Source: Candidatus Poribacteria bacterium (GTDB lineage: Bacteria; Poribacteria; WGA-4E; WGA-3G). From it: 64,000 nt of DNA. Under the pieces are notes generated by a model. That model saw nothing but the letters and a program-made list of their open reading frames with translations, did not search any database and was not told the DNA's origin. This document shows, piece after piece, positions 38,415-48,962 of this stretch. Where the stretch lies: NCBI GenBank assembly GCA_965198235.1, contig OZ240248.1:160001-224000 (forward strand), given 5' to 3'. The position numbers and the translations under genes were made by a program. Position 1 is the stretch's first letter; each line of letters begins with the position of its first letter.

Positions 38415-40478
38415 ATGCACGATACACCTCAACACACCAACCGCCTCGTCCATGAAACAAGTCCTTATCTGCTCCAGCATGCCCATAATCCCGTTGACTG
38501 GTATCCGTGGGGCGAAGACGCATTAGCGCACGCCAAACAGGAGCAGAAGCCTATCCTCCTCAGTATCGGCTACTCCGCTTGTCACTGGTGCCATGTCATG
38601 GAACGCGAATCCTTTGAAAATGAGGAAATCGCTGCGGTCATGAACGAACTTTTCATCAACATCAAGGTCGATAGAGAAGAACGTCCCGATTTAGATGAAA
38701 TCTACATGAACGCCGTCCAGATCATGACGCGTCAAGGCGGATGGCCCATGACCGTCTTCCTCACGCCTGACCTGAAACCCTTCTATGGTGGAACCTATTA
38801 CCCACCAACCGACAGATACGGTAGGCCCGGGTTCCCAAAAGTGATGCACGCCGTTGCCGAAGCATTCAGCGATCAGAATGTGCAGGTACTGGAGCAAGCA
38901 GAACAAATTACCACGCATCTCGCGCAGATAGGCAACGTCGTTGACCCACACCACCATGAACTCACAGAACAACTCATGACCCATGCTTTCCAACACTACC
39001 ACTCCCAATTCGATTCGCAGCACGGTGGGTTCGGCAATGCCCCTAAATTCCCACCCAGCATGGGATTGCCTTTCCTATTACGCTACTGGCATCATAGCGG
39101 CAACGCCAATGCCTTAGAGATGGTCGAGCTCACGCTGGAGAAGATGGCACGTGGTGGTATGTATGATCAACTTGGCGGCGGTTTCCACCGATATTCCACC
39201 GACGCACACTGGCTCGTCCCACACTTCGAGAAGATGCTGTATGATAACGCCCAACTCGTCGTCGCCTATTTTGAGGCATACCAAGCCACTCAGAAGTCGT
39301 TCTATCGCGATGTAGCAACTGAGACCCTCGACTACGTTCTCCGCGAGATGTACGACGCAGAAAACGGCGGTTTCTATTCCACCCAAGATGCCGATAGTGA
39401 AGGTGTAGAGGGTAAGTTCTTCGTCTGGGAACCGAACGATGTGGAAGACATCATCGGCGAGGCGAACGCCGAAATCTTCTGTGAGTATTACGACATCACG
39501 CCACAAGGCAATTTTGAGGGAGAAAACATCCTCCAGGTTCAAACACCACCTGACATCCTTGCCCGAAAACTCCGTATGGATGTCGGAGAACTGGAAACTC
39601 TCCTCGCAGACGGGAAACAGAAACTGTTTGATGAGAGGGAGAAGCGGATTAAACCGGGATTGGACGACAAAATCCTCACCAGTTGGAACGGAATCATGAT
39701 CCGCGGTATGGCGATGGGATACCAACTGACCGGGAAACCGGAATACCTTGAGGCATGTGAAAAATCCGCCGAATTCGTCTTGACGACCTTATCACAAGAG
39801 AACGGACTCCTCTTGCGCACCTACCGTGATGGCAAAAGCCACCTCAACGCTTACCTTGAGGACTACGCCTACTTCATTGCTGGGTTAATCGCACTCTACG
39901 AAGCCAGTTTTGAACCGCGATGGCTCACCGAAGCCGAACGTCTCGCACATCTCATGATCGATCAGTTCGGCGACGACGCAGGCGACGGGTTCTTCTTCAC
40001 TGGCAAAGCGCACGAGACGCTCATCGTCCAATCCAAATCCGCTTACGACGGGGCCACGCCTTCCGGGGCATCCATGGCGATTCACAGCCTCTTACGGCTT
40101 GCCAAACACCTCGACAACCCCGAATTCCACGACAAAGCCGTTGAGACCCTATTGCTTTACTTCCATCAGATGGAGGGAATGCCTTCAGGATCCGGGCAGC
40201 TGCTCTGTGAGTTAGCGTTCTTGTTATCAACCCCGAAAGAGATTGCCATCGTTGGTGAAAAGGGAGATGCAACAACGGACGCGATGTTAGAAGCGTTGCA
40301 TGGCATCTATCTGCCGAACAAAATCATCGCTTTGAGCGAATCCGCTGATGGACAGACGTTACCGCTCCTCGCGAACAAGCCACAGGTTGACAGCACCGCA
40401 ACCGCTTACGTCTGCGAGAATTACGTCTGCCAAGCCCCCACAACGAATGTTGAGGCATTCGTGGAACTACTTCAATAA
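38415..40478 (+). CDS. Thioredoxin-domain protein, YyaL/DUF255 (SPATA20-like)
   Basis: [40 protein letters not shown]. Confidence 0.93.
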   Translation: MHDTPQHTNRLVHETSPYLLQHAHNPVDWYPWGEDALAHAKQEQKPILLSIGYSACHWCHVMERESFENEEIAAVMNELFINIKVDREERPDLDEIYMNAVQIMTRQGGWPMTVFLTPDLKPFYGGTYYPPTDRYGRPGFPKVMHAVAEAFSDQNVQVLEQAEQITTHLAQIGNVVDPHHHELTEQLMTHAFQHYHSQFDSQHGGFGNAPKFPPSMGLPFLLRYWHHSGNANALEMVELTLEKMARGGMYDQLGGGFHRYSTDAHWLVPHFEKMLYDNAQLVVAYFEAYQATQKSFYRDVATETLDYVLREMYDAENGGFYSTQDADSEGVEGKFFVWEPNDVEDIIGEANAEIFCEYYDITPQGNFEGENILQVQTPPDILARKLRMDVGELETLLADGKQKLFDEREKRIKPGLDDKILTSWNGIMIRGMAMGYQLTGKPEYLEACEKSAEFVLTTLSQENGLLLRTYRDGKSHLNAYLEDYAYFIAGLIALYEASFEPRWLTEAERLAHLMIDQFGDDAGDGFFFTGKAHETLIVQSKSAYDGATPSGASMAIHSLLRLAKHLDNPEFHDKAVETLLLYFHQMEGMPSGSGQLLCELAFLLSTPKEIAIVGEKGDATTDAMLEALHGIYLPNKIIALSESADGQTLPLLANKPQVDSTATAYVCENYVCQAPTTNVEAFVELLQ

Positions 40479-40770
40479 TCCTTCTTTCCCCTATTCTTCT
40501 GCTGGCGAGGTTTCCCGACCTCGCCGCTTAAGCACTCCTTCTTGCAAGAGGGGCACTTAGTCTTCCCGCAGGAGAGATCTCCGAATCCCAACTTATACCC
40601 TGCAACTCACAAAAAACTAAAACTGAATTGACCCACCCTCCTGCAAATCTGGCTTGCAATTCCAGCCTATCTTTGATACAATATAACCACGAAAAATAAA
40701 ATCTACCTGATATGCATTAGAAGCAGAACTGACGAGCGTGGCTTACAATGACAATTATAGAGGTGTCAGT

Positions 40771-42153
40771 ATGAGTCTGACAGTCCGGTTAAAAAACATT
40801 GGAATCTTAAAGCAGGCAGAATTTTCGCTGGGTGATTTGACAATTATCTGTGGTGAGAATAATACCGGCAAAACTTATGCTGCTTGTGTATTGTTCGGCT
40901 TCTTAAAGTCTTGGCATCAATTTATCCGTTTCCCAATTAGCGATGCACAAATTCAGCGAGCACTTACAGAACAGGTTAAGATTGAATTGGTGCCAACAAC
41001 TGATAACATACTTACAGAAGCATGCAGGAAATACACCGAGCAACTGCATAAAATTTTCGCAGCACCTGAAGGTACGTTTCAGAATAGTGAATTTCGCCTC
41101 GTGACAGATGAGATTGACATACAAGATAAAAAATTCAACAGCATAATCACAAGCCTCCAAAATCCGGCTTTTATATTTGCAAAGGGCAAGGGGAGCGAAG
41201 AAGTGATACTTACTTCGCGGATAAGAAAAGAACAAGAAAGAGAAATTGATACCGATAGTGTAAAAAGTGCTATTGATAGTATTATTATCGACGATATTTT
41301 CTCTGGTTCTTTACCCAGACCTTTTATCTCTTCAACTGAGCGCACTGGCATCTCGACTTTTCGGAAAGAACTCAATTTTGCTCGGAGTCGACTGCTTAAA
41401 GAAATGGAGCGAGCGGATCAACAGATTGATCTGCGGGAATTGCTATCCCAGGCGTATCAAAGTTATCCGTCACCAATAGAAGCCGATGTCGACTTTATGG
41501 GTCAACTTGAAGATATTACCAAAAGCAAAAGTTTCATTGCCAAAGAGCATCCTGAAATCTTGGAAGACTTTACAGACATTATCAGCGGTGATTACGTCAT
41601 TACACAAAATGACCAACTCTACTATATCCCCAAAGGCACAAGGCTCAAATTGACGATGGTGGAAAGTTCAAGTGCTGTCCGTTCACTCTTAGATATAGGT
41701 TTTTATCTGCGATATATCGCTAAAAAAGGCGACCTGCTTATGGTAGACGAACCCGAATTAAGCCTGCATCCCGAAAACCAACGTCGTATCGCCAAACTTT
41801 TTGCAAGGCTCGCGAATATAGGTGTTAAGGTTTTCGTAACCACTCATAGTGATTACATCGTCAAGGAACTCAATACGCTTATCATGCTCAACCACGATAA
41901 GCCCCATTTGAAAAAAATCGCCGAAGAAAACGGTTATCAGGACAGCGAGTTGATTAATGTTGATCAGGTCAAAGTGTATATCGCGGAAAAGGCGTTACTG
42001 CCGTTAGAAGAAGGTCAGAAGAGACGGAAAAGGGGACAGACACTCGTTCCGGCTAAGATTCATCCAAGGTTTGGTATTGGAGTCAGCAGCTTTGACAAAA
42101 CCATTGATGACCTGAATAGGATTCAGGACGAAATTGTCTGGGGGGAAGAATAA
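40771..42153 (+). CDS. ABC-type ATPase (AAA_15/AAA_21-like)
   Basis: Walker A GENNTGKT, SSAVRSL signature, Walker B MVDEPE, TTHS; no TM partner. Confidence 0.9.
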   Translation: MSLTVRLKNIGILKQAEFSLGDLTIICGENNTGKTYAACVLFGFLKSWHQFIRFPISDAQIQRALTEQVKIELVPTTDNILTEACRKYTEQLHKIFAAPEGTFQNSEFRLVTDEIDIQDKKFNSIITSLQNPAFIFAKGKGSEEVILTSRIRKEQEREIDTDSVKSAIDSIIIDDIFSGSLPRPFISSTERTGISTFRKELNFARSRLLKEMERADQQIDLRELLSQAYQSYPSPIEADVDFMGQLEDITKSKSFIAKEHPEILEDFTDIISGDYVITQNDQLYYIPKGTRLKLTMVESSSAVRSLLDIGFYLRYIAKKGDLLMVDEPELSLHPENQRRIAKLFARLANIGVKVFVTTHSDYIVKELNTLIMLNHDKPHLKKIAEENGYQDSELINVDQVKVYIAEKALLPLEEGQKRRKRGQTLVPAKIHPRFGIGVSSFDKTIDDLNRIQDEIVWGEE

Positions 42154-42158
42154 GTTTC

Positions 42159-42728
42159 GTGAATGACATACAGATATTGCAGGAAATGCTCAACCCTGAT
42201 GCTCAAGTTATGTTACAATCAGGGCAGGGGAGACCTTCTGTTCAATTAACTGACTTGCAATCTGGCATGACTGTAGAAATAAAGGGGCTTCCTTACAACT
42301 CTATCGTTATAAGAGCGGAAGATTTCGAGAATCCTCTCACCATCTTTAATGGGGAAAAAGGTGAACGTAAGAGAGCTGATTTTGTGATTGTATCCAACGA
42401 CGAGATCGGAAGAAAGTGGATTATCTGTATTGAGACGCAAGAAATGGACGCTAAACTGGCATCCCACGTTGTCCAACAGTTAAAAGGGGCATATTGCTTT
42501 ATTACTTACTGCAAATATATAGGAAAATCGTTCTGGGAGTCGGAAGAATTCCTTGATAACTATGACTACCGATTTGTAAGTATCGTAGACCTTAACTTCA
42601 ATAAGAGTAGGCGACAAACACAACCTTTTTATTCTACTGGGGAATTGCATAACCACCCTGACATTTTTCTCAAAATTTCACGGAGTCCTATTATCTATTT
42701 TCGCAAGTTAATTGATCCGGTGCCCTGA
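42159..42728 (+). CDS. Hypothetical protein with a possible PD-(D/E)xK-like fold
   Basis: KRADFVIV...ICIETQ...QQLKG; starts 5 bp after the ATPase. Confidence 0.6.
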   Translation: MNDIQILQEMLNPDAQVMLQSGQGRPSVQLTDLQSGMTVEIKGLPYNSIVIRAEDFENPLTIFNGEKGERKRADFVIVSNDEIGRKWIICIETQEMDAKLASHVVQQLKGAYCFITYCKYIGKSFWESEEFLDNYDYRFVSIVDLNFNKSRRQTQPFYSTGELHNHPDIFLKISRSPIIYFRKLIDPVP

Positions 42729-42750
42729 TACAAAAACATAGGAGAAAGCA

Positions 42751-43626
42751 ATGGCACACACAAACAAAGCAGCAATTGATATGGACTGGTATCCGCTCTC
42801 TGATGAAGAGATACGCTATTTCGACGACACAGGCTATTTCATCGTCCGAAATGTGCTGGATTCGGATACTATTGAAGAACTCATTGAAGCGAGCGATCGA
42901 CTCATGGCGAGCGATCGACGTGAGAACCGCCAACACAGCTCCAACAACTTATACGACAGTTTCCGAAATTGTGTCTCTATTGACGATGCCTTCATTCCGC
43001 TACTCACGCAGAAGACCATCCTCCCTGTTGTCGTCCAGCTGCTTGGTGCCCATTTGCAACTCATGACCTCACACCTGATATACAAACACCCGGATCCACC
43101 GGGCACACCGGATACGGCTCGCGCTCCGGGTTGGCATCGCGACTACGGCATAGCAACGAAAACACACGGCAACAAGTTACCACGCATTCTGTTAAAATGT
43201 GCGTACTACTTCACCGATCTGAGTGAACCCAATTCCGGTGCAACACTTGTCGCTCCCGGTAGCAATCACCTCCTCAACCGGATTCCCATTCCAGAAGGAC
43301 AGGCAGATCCAGAAGGCGCACTCGAACCGAGTTTACAACCCGGGGATTGCCTGCTGTTTGAAAACCGCATTTTTCACGCGGGGGGTGCAAACTTAACCGA
43401 CCAGATCCGCAAGGGTGCGATGTTCGGCTACGGTTACCGTTGGGTGATGCCGATGGATTATCGGACACAGGAACAGACGTTGTTGGATAAACTAACGCCA
43501 CTCGAGCAGTATCTGGTTGGAGAACCCTTCAAGAAAACGAAGGAATATCATCCCGGCGGTGGTGAAAGTCCACTTGCCTCATGGTGTGAACAACACGGTG
43601 CCCCAGCGGTGAGACCGATCCATTAG
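42751..43626 (+). CDS. PhyH-family dioxygenase
   Basis: WHRD, PGSN, distal FHAG. Confidence 0.9.
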   Translation: MAHTNKAAIDMDWYPLSDEEIRYFDDTGYFIVRNVLDSDTIEELIEASDRLMASDRRENRQHSSNNLYDSFRNCVSIDDAFIPLLTQKTILPVVVQLLGAHLQLMTSHLIYKHPDPPGTPDTARAPGWHRDYGIATKTHGNKLPRILLKCAYYFTDLSEPNSGATLVAPGSNHLLNRIPIPEGQADPEGALEPSLQPGDCLLFENRIFHAGGANLTDQIRKGAMFGYGYRWVMPMDYRTQEQTLLDKLTPLEQYLVGEPFKKTKEYHPGGGESPLASWCEQHGAPAVRPIH

Positions 43627-43683
43627 CCAAAACACAATAACCCGTTTGTGGGAGGGGTGTTTTTGCTTGGGTGTTTCCCCCGA

Positions 43684-44493
43684 TTATGTCAAGGTAACAA
43701 CGTCCTTTTTAACGATCTCTTTCGTGTCATAGTGACCCGCCTGGGAGATAAGTTCCAGCGTTTCCGGTGACAATCGTGTCCTAACCTCCTCCGGCACCCG
43801 ACTCTCACCACGGTGTTGCGGTCTGTAGCGTAAGGTCAGGACGCAACGATATCGGTCTTTCGGCTTCCAAGGCAGCGCACCGTGCGTCAAGAGTTCAGAG
43901 ATAATCACCATATCCCCTGCCTTTGGCGTGACGTTAACGACCCCTTGTGGAATATCATTGGCATCTTCAATCCTTCCGTTGTTATAGAGGTGTTCAGGAC
44001 GATCAAAAAGGGTTTTGTGTGTACCCGGAACAACCAACAACCCACCGTCTCCGGGATGCACATCGTACAGGTAGGGAAAAACGACAAAGTCATCACAAAA
44101 GATTCGACCGTTTCGGACCTCATAACGATTGGCGTGCCATCCGAAATCCTCTCGTGCGCAGTGCAAGCGTAGTCCTTCCGCCGACTCTGACACACCCGCC
44201 CGATCCGCAATCATAGTTCCACGCATCAACTGCGGTTTGTTATTCGTCAGTTCCTTAATAATGGGCCACGTTGATCGATGCAGTGTGAGGGCTTCTAAGG
44301 GTTTCGCAAAGGCAAAACCGTTTGGGAGGTTTTTTGCACTGGAGTCAAATCCGGGGGGGAGCTCTTCGGTAGGTGTGTTGATATATTCACTTGCTGCTTC
44401 TTGCGCTGCTTTCAACTCTTCGTCGCTCAGAACATTCTTCAGGTGAAGGTATCCGGTGACATCAAAAAGATAACGTTGTTCAGGGGTCATCAT
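43684..44493 (-). CDS. PhyH-family Fe(II)/2OG enzyme with H-C-A motif
   Basis: YLFDVTGYL, LHCA, VVPGTHK, AGD, LTHG.LPW, R. Confidence 0.85.
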   Translation of the reverse strand: MMTPEQRYLFDVTGYLHLKNVLSDEELKAAQEAASEYINTPTEELPPGFDSSAKNLPNGFAFAKPLEALTLHRSTWPIIKELTNNKPQLMRGTMIADRAGVSESAEGLRLHCAREDFGWHANRYEVRNGRIFCDDFVVFPYLYDVHPGDGGLLVVPGTHKTLFDRPEHLYNNGRIEDANDIPQGVVNVTPKAGDMVIISELLTHGALPWKPKDRYRCVLTLRYRPQHRGESRVPEEVRTRLSPETLELISQAGHYDTKEIVKKDVVTLT

Positions 44494-44677
44494 AGTGCTT
44501 TACTCCTTTGGGATTTACGCAATTGAATGTAGGTGTTTTTGCTTGGGTGTTTCCCTCAGGTTGAACATCAAGTGAACCCATAGCCATCAATTTAGTGCCG
44601 TAGGTTGGGTTGAACGGATTAACCTCTCCTAAAATCGACAGCTATGGATTGAACCTCGAGTGAAACCCAACACAAAT

Positions 44678-45943
44678 CTAAGCTGATGCTACCCACACGG
44701 GCCAGTCGCCCTCCTGTAGCTGCTTGAAAATCTTGTCAAAGGCTTCACTACCATCATCTTCCCATTCATCCAAACGCACACCGGGAGCATAAGATTCGTC
44801 CACGCCCTGCTTCATGAGGCGTTCAGCCTGTTGTAGATTCCGGTAATAGTGCTTTACACCACCGGGTAAAGTGATAACAGAGATGTGCCGATTCCATGTC
44901 GGTTCAGGCGTTTGGGAATACCGTTTCACAGCATCTTCATCCAACACAACACCGAGACCCAGACCGTCAGGTACCTGCATAAATCCACGTTGGACTTTGT
45001 GGGGTGTAACAATTAGGTCGTTTTCATAAGCGTGGCTCGCAGTGACACCCGGTATGGTGGCTGTCGGTATCACGGCTCCGAGATGACACGCAAATGCCGC
45101 CGTAATTCCAGTACCGACATACTGAAGCAGGATCGGTGTATTCGCAGCAGCAAAAGCCCATCCCGATGCCAAAGCACTTTTGACATTCTCGTGGCTACAC
45201 AGCGCACCGTCAAAATCGCCTGCCCGAAGTCCAATCCACGGACCAGACGGGTTGTCGCGATGCACCCTCCCGGATAACCCGACACCGTGTAGATAGAACG
45301 GAATCCGAATCTCTTGATGTAACCGCCGCCAGCCCTCTACGTCGTAGGCGAAAATCGGTTCTTCGAGACCCTTGACGACGGGAATTTTCTCAAGTTCTCG
45401 TAGGATGGGTAGTGCTTTCTCGACATTAATTAACGAGCCGTTGAAGTCGAACTCCACGCGAAAGTCAGGAGGCGCGACTTCTTGAATCGCATTCGATTGC
45501 TCGACAACATCGTAGAAGGCGCGTGCCTTACACTTCAAGCCTCGGTATCCACGTTCAGCAGCGACTTGAACCTCAGCGGCGGTGTCTTCAGGAGACATAC
45601 ACGGCATCCACCACCCCATCGCAACCCACTGCCGAACCTGTTGTCCCATCAGTTTCCATGCTGGCAAACCGAGGTGCTTCCCCATCAGGTCGTAGCACGC
45701 CATGTCGAGATTAAAACGTCCTTCACCCATGACGTGGTCGAACGGATTCGTACCGAGATACGCATCCAGTACCTCCTGATCAAACGGCGGTCCTGGGTTC
45801 TCTGCGAGACCGACGAGACCGGTATCGGTATAAAATTTATAGACCGTGACCAACTCGGTCATCGCGAAGTGGTAGTATCTCTTGCGAATCCGTTCCTCGT
45901 AAGGCACATGCAATGGAATCGCTTCAATCTCGGTAATTTTCAT
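44678..45943 (-). CDS. Mandelate racemase/muconate lactonizing enzyme family
   Basis: MKITEIE, YDLMGK, K-C-K, DFN, EEP, GLGV.LDE. Confidence 0.85.
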   Translation of the reverse strand: MKITEIEAIPLHVPYEERIRKRYYHFAMTELVTVYKFYTDTGLVGLAENPGPPFDQEVLDAYLGTNPFDHVMGEGRFNLDMACYDLMGKHLGLPAWKLMGQQVRQWVAMGWWMPCMSPEDTAAEVQVAAERGYRGLKCKARAFYDVVEQSNAIQEVAPPDFRVEFDFNGSLINVEKALPILRELEKIPVVKGLEEPIFAYDVEGWRRLHQEIRIPFYLHGVGLSGRVHRDNPSGPWIGLRAGDFDGALCSHENVKSALASGWAFAAANTPILLQYVGTGITAAFACHLGAVIPTATIPGVTASHAYENDLIVTPHKVQRGFMQVPDGLGLGVVLDEDAVKRYSQTPEPTWNRHISVITLPGGVKHYYRNLQQAERLMKQGVDESYAPGVRLDEWEDDGSEAFDKIFKQLQEGDWPVWVASA

Positions 45944-46288
45944 CGGAAAAATTAGGCAAGTCCCTAACTCTTTTAGCGTTGGTGGGATTGCCTACCTCCT
46001 TATCCCTCTTGGTGGCTGTCCGTTGCTTTGGACTCTCTTTGCTGTTGTTTTTTAGGCTTCCGACTTATTCTATCAAAACCCACGAAAAGAATCAAATCTA
46101 AAATACTGAAATTGGTTCACTCCTCTTCCCGTAACGGTGGAACTCTCTCCCTACACACGTTCTATCCGAAACAATGTGCCAGAAGTGTATTATCATACAT
46201 ACAACTTGCCGGATAAGCATTTTAACGCGTGCTTTCCAACCGGAAAAATTTGATTTTTAAGTCCAAATGTAGTATAATTAAAATTAAC

Positions 46289-46410
46289 CAGGACTTACGC
46301 ATTTCCTCTTAAAGTCCCCCTGATAAGGGGGATTTAGGGGGTTAAAAACACTGAAATTGCCACTTTTTGCGTGAGAATGCCCTATATTTGCTCAATTTGC
46401 GTAAGTCCTA
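46289..46410. mobile_element. 122-bp MITE sharing TIRs with the IS701 element
   Basis: CAGGACTTACGCA...TGCGTAAGTCCTA flanked by a TTAAC direct repeat (46284-46288, 46411-46415). Confidence 0.9.
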
Positions 46411-46565
46411 TTAACATTAAATGGCAACTGAAGTGCCACCGTTTATTCAGACCAAAAATTAGCAAAGTTAAGACAAGTTTTTTCGCTCAAATTTTGTATG
46501 AGCATCTATGGACATAATGTATTCACATATATCAACCTATTGTCAAAAGCTAAACGTCTCTACCC

Positions 46566-46754
46566 ATGAAGATTAGAGAATTGATTAAACTGGTTGAAAA
46601 AGATGGATGGTATCTCATTCGAACACGAGGGAGCCATAGGCAGTTCCACCATCTAACGAAACCTGGAACCGTAACCGTTGCCGGAAATTTAGGCGAAGAT
46701 GCAACCCCTGGAATGCACAACAGTGTTCTTAAGCAAGCAGGGCTTAAGAATTGA
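46566..46754 (+). CDS. hicA: HicA-family mRNA interferase toxin
   Basis: DGWYL.RTRGSHRQF.H..KPG.VTV. Confidence 0.92.
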   Translation: MKIRELIKLVEKDGWYLIRTRGSHRQFHHLTKPGTVTVAGNLGEDATPGMHNSVLKQAGLKN

Positions 46755-46767
46755 TAGAGGTAAACTT

Positions 46768-47025
46768 ATGCAGTACGTTGTTCTTTTTGAAAAAGGTGAA
46801 AATAGTTACGGTGCTTATGTACCGGACCTCCCCGGCTGTGTCGCAGCAGCAAAAACATTAGATGAAGTGCAAGTATTGATTGCGGAGGCAATTGAATTCC
46901 ATATTGAAGACCTGCGAGAACAAGGGGTAGTCATTCCCCCCCCATCACCGCTGTCAGATATTCAAGGAGCTCTGCTTGAATCATCCCAACATCTATTTCC
47001 AGCTTTAATCACTGCAACGGTCTGA
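46768..47025 (+). CDS. hicB: HicB-family antitoxin
   Basis: YGAYVPDLPGCVAA..T..E...LI.EAIEFH. Confidence 0.92.
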   Translation: MQYVVLFEKGENSYGAYVPDLPGCVAAAKTLDEVQVLIAEAIEFHIEDLREQGVVIPPPSPLSDIQGALLESSQHLFPALITATV

Positions 47026-47172
47026 TTGCATTTGCTGGCGAACTCACATTTTGATAACGTTTTTTCTCTCGAATTTAATTGAAAAATAACCTACAATTGG
47101 AGCGTGGATGCCAACGCGTCACACCGATAAACTATAAACTAAACTTCAAGGACTACCGTTGCGGAGCAGGCA

Positions 47173-47454
47173 TTGAAAAACTGGTCGGGATTGCTCCAAT
47201 TTCTATTGTACAGCATCGTGCTCAGCGGTTTCGTCAGGTGTGAGTCGCCTAACCCTCAGAAACAGCCTTATGAAACACTCGTTTTTAAGGTCGATGAAAC
47301 CCGACTTGAGCCTACAGTAACGGATACAACGCTCAGAATCAAAATAGCGGCACCAAAGGATTGGAAAAAAATTGACGATTCAATGCTCACGCAAGTCGTT
47401 TTAATGGATATCAGAAAGAAAAAGGCAGAACAGATTGGGCATCAGGATGCTTAA
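47173..47454 (+). pseudogene. Truncated duplicate of the lipoprotein at 48285
   Basis: Near-identical KQPYETLVFKVDETRLEP...DDSML, diverging after about 47402. Confidence 0.8.
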
Positions 47455-47585
47455 TCTTTTACCTCAGACGATAGAAAAGTGAGGAAAATCCCAAATGCAA
47501 TCGTTCAAAATTATCGTTGAAAAGCACGAGGAAGGATGATGTGCAGTTGCTGTCTGACGCTTCGCTTTCCATTGGAGGTACGATA

Positions 47586-48212
47586 ATGGCATTTAGCGAT
47601 TTCAAAAAAATCTCTGAAGTTCAAGAAAAATTCAGAATCAAATACACAGCAACTGACTTTTTCAAGGCTGAGGCAGCAAGTGCTCCAGCACACTTTTTGC
47701 AAGAATTCAAGTTTACCATGGAAAACATCAACGTTTTCTCGTCTGAGGCATCCCGCTGTGAATCGATTATCTTTCCCATTTTAAGGGAGACATACAAAGC
47801 ATACGCCGACACTTACGCGCTCTGGATAAGGGAACCGATCACCTACGATGAAACTCTGAGCGGCACGCCGGATTACCTCGTGGCTACAAGATCCGAATTA
47901 GGCATAACTGTTGTCGGAACCCCGTTAATAATATTGGTCGAGGCGAAGAAGAATGACTTTGAGGAAGGCTGGGGACAGTGCTTAGCGGAATTAGTCGCCG
48001 CCCAAAAAATAAACGATGATTTAGATTTCCCGGTGTATGGTATTGTCAGCGATGGAACATGGTGGCAATTTGGGAAACTTGTCGCCGATGCCTTCACCCA
48101 AAACAGAACGAGTTTTAGCATAGACAATTTGCCAGACCTCTTTGGGGCGATTAATGCTATCTTCAAAGCAGCAAGTGAGACAACTGTCACCGAAAAAATA
48201 GTGTATAACTAA
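47586..48212 (+). CDS. PD-(D/E)xK / HsdR-N-like putative nuclease
   Basis: GTPDYLV...VEAKK...GQC.AE...YGIVSDG..WQF. Confidence 0.7.
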   Translation: MAFSDFKKISEVQEKFRIKYTATDFFKAEAASAPAHFLQEFKFTMENINVFSSEASRCESIIFPILRETYKAYADTYALWIREPITYDETLSGTPDYLVATRSELGITVVGTPLIILVEAKKNDFEEGWGQCLAELVAAQKINDDLDFPVYGIVSDGTWWQFGKLVADAFTQNRTSFSIDNLPDLFGAINAIFKAASETTVTEKIVYN

Positions 48213-48284
48213 AGTGTGAATGCCAACGCGTCACACTGATAAACCACGAACTGAACCGAAAGGACCACCGGCGCGGAGCAAATA

Positions 48285-48911
48285 TTGAAAAATCGGTCAG
48301 GATTTCTCCAAGTTCTATTGTGCGGTATCATCATCAGCGGTTTCGCCGGGTGCGATTCGCCCAACGCTCGGAAGCAGCCTTATGAAACGCTCGTTTTTAA
48401 GGTTGATGAAACCCGACTTGAGCCTATAGTAACGGATACAACACTCAGAATCAAAATAGCGGCACCGAAGGATTGGAAAAAAATTGACGATTCAATGCTT
48501 GCGCAAGTCGTTAACAAAGTAGAGCCTCAACCCACCCCACAGGAACTACAGATAGTGCCACGATGGATTTTCTTGAACGAAAGTTCGCAATCAATGTGTA
48601 TTGTCTCAAGGTTAGATGGCGTGAATATCGCTCCAGATGAAACCTTATTAAATAACCTTAAAACTGCTTACGAAAACCAATTTCCAAATGCAACGGTCCA
48701 GCAGGCAATTTTTATGAAAGATGCCTTTCGCATCCATCAATTAATGGTTATTGCTGCCGATTTTGTACGCATCAAATTGATATGCGACGCACCTGAAACC
48801 CTCGTTTTTGAGGTCGATTACCGCGTCCCCAGAAACGTTTACGAAACTGAACTGCGAGCCATTGAATCATCAATTGGTTCTATTAACCCAATTAACCCAA
48901 TAACCGATTAA
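48285..48911 (+). CDS. Lipoprotein of unknown function
   Basis: TTG start, GGAG RBS, lipobox FAGC. Confidence 0.7.
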   Translation: MKNRSGFLQVLLCGIIISGFAGCDSPNARKQPYETLVFKVDETRLEPIVTDTTLRIKIAAPKDWKKIDDSMLAQVVNKVEPQPTPQELQIVPRWIFLNESSQSMCIVSRLDGVNIAPDETLLNNLKTAYENQFPNATVQQAIFMKDAFRIHQLMVIAADFVRIKLICDAPETLVFEVDYRVPRNVYETELRAIESSIGSINPINPITD

Positions 48912-48962
48912 CATGAAACGCTTATAAGTGCATCTTCCAAGCGCGTATCCCAAGGAGGATTT

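Noticed and set aside
38150-42728. tRNA-anchored genomic island
   Set aside because: No integrase and no duplicated tRNA 3' end seen.
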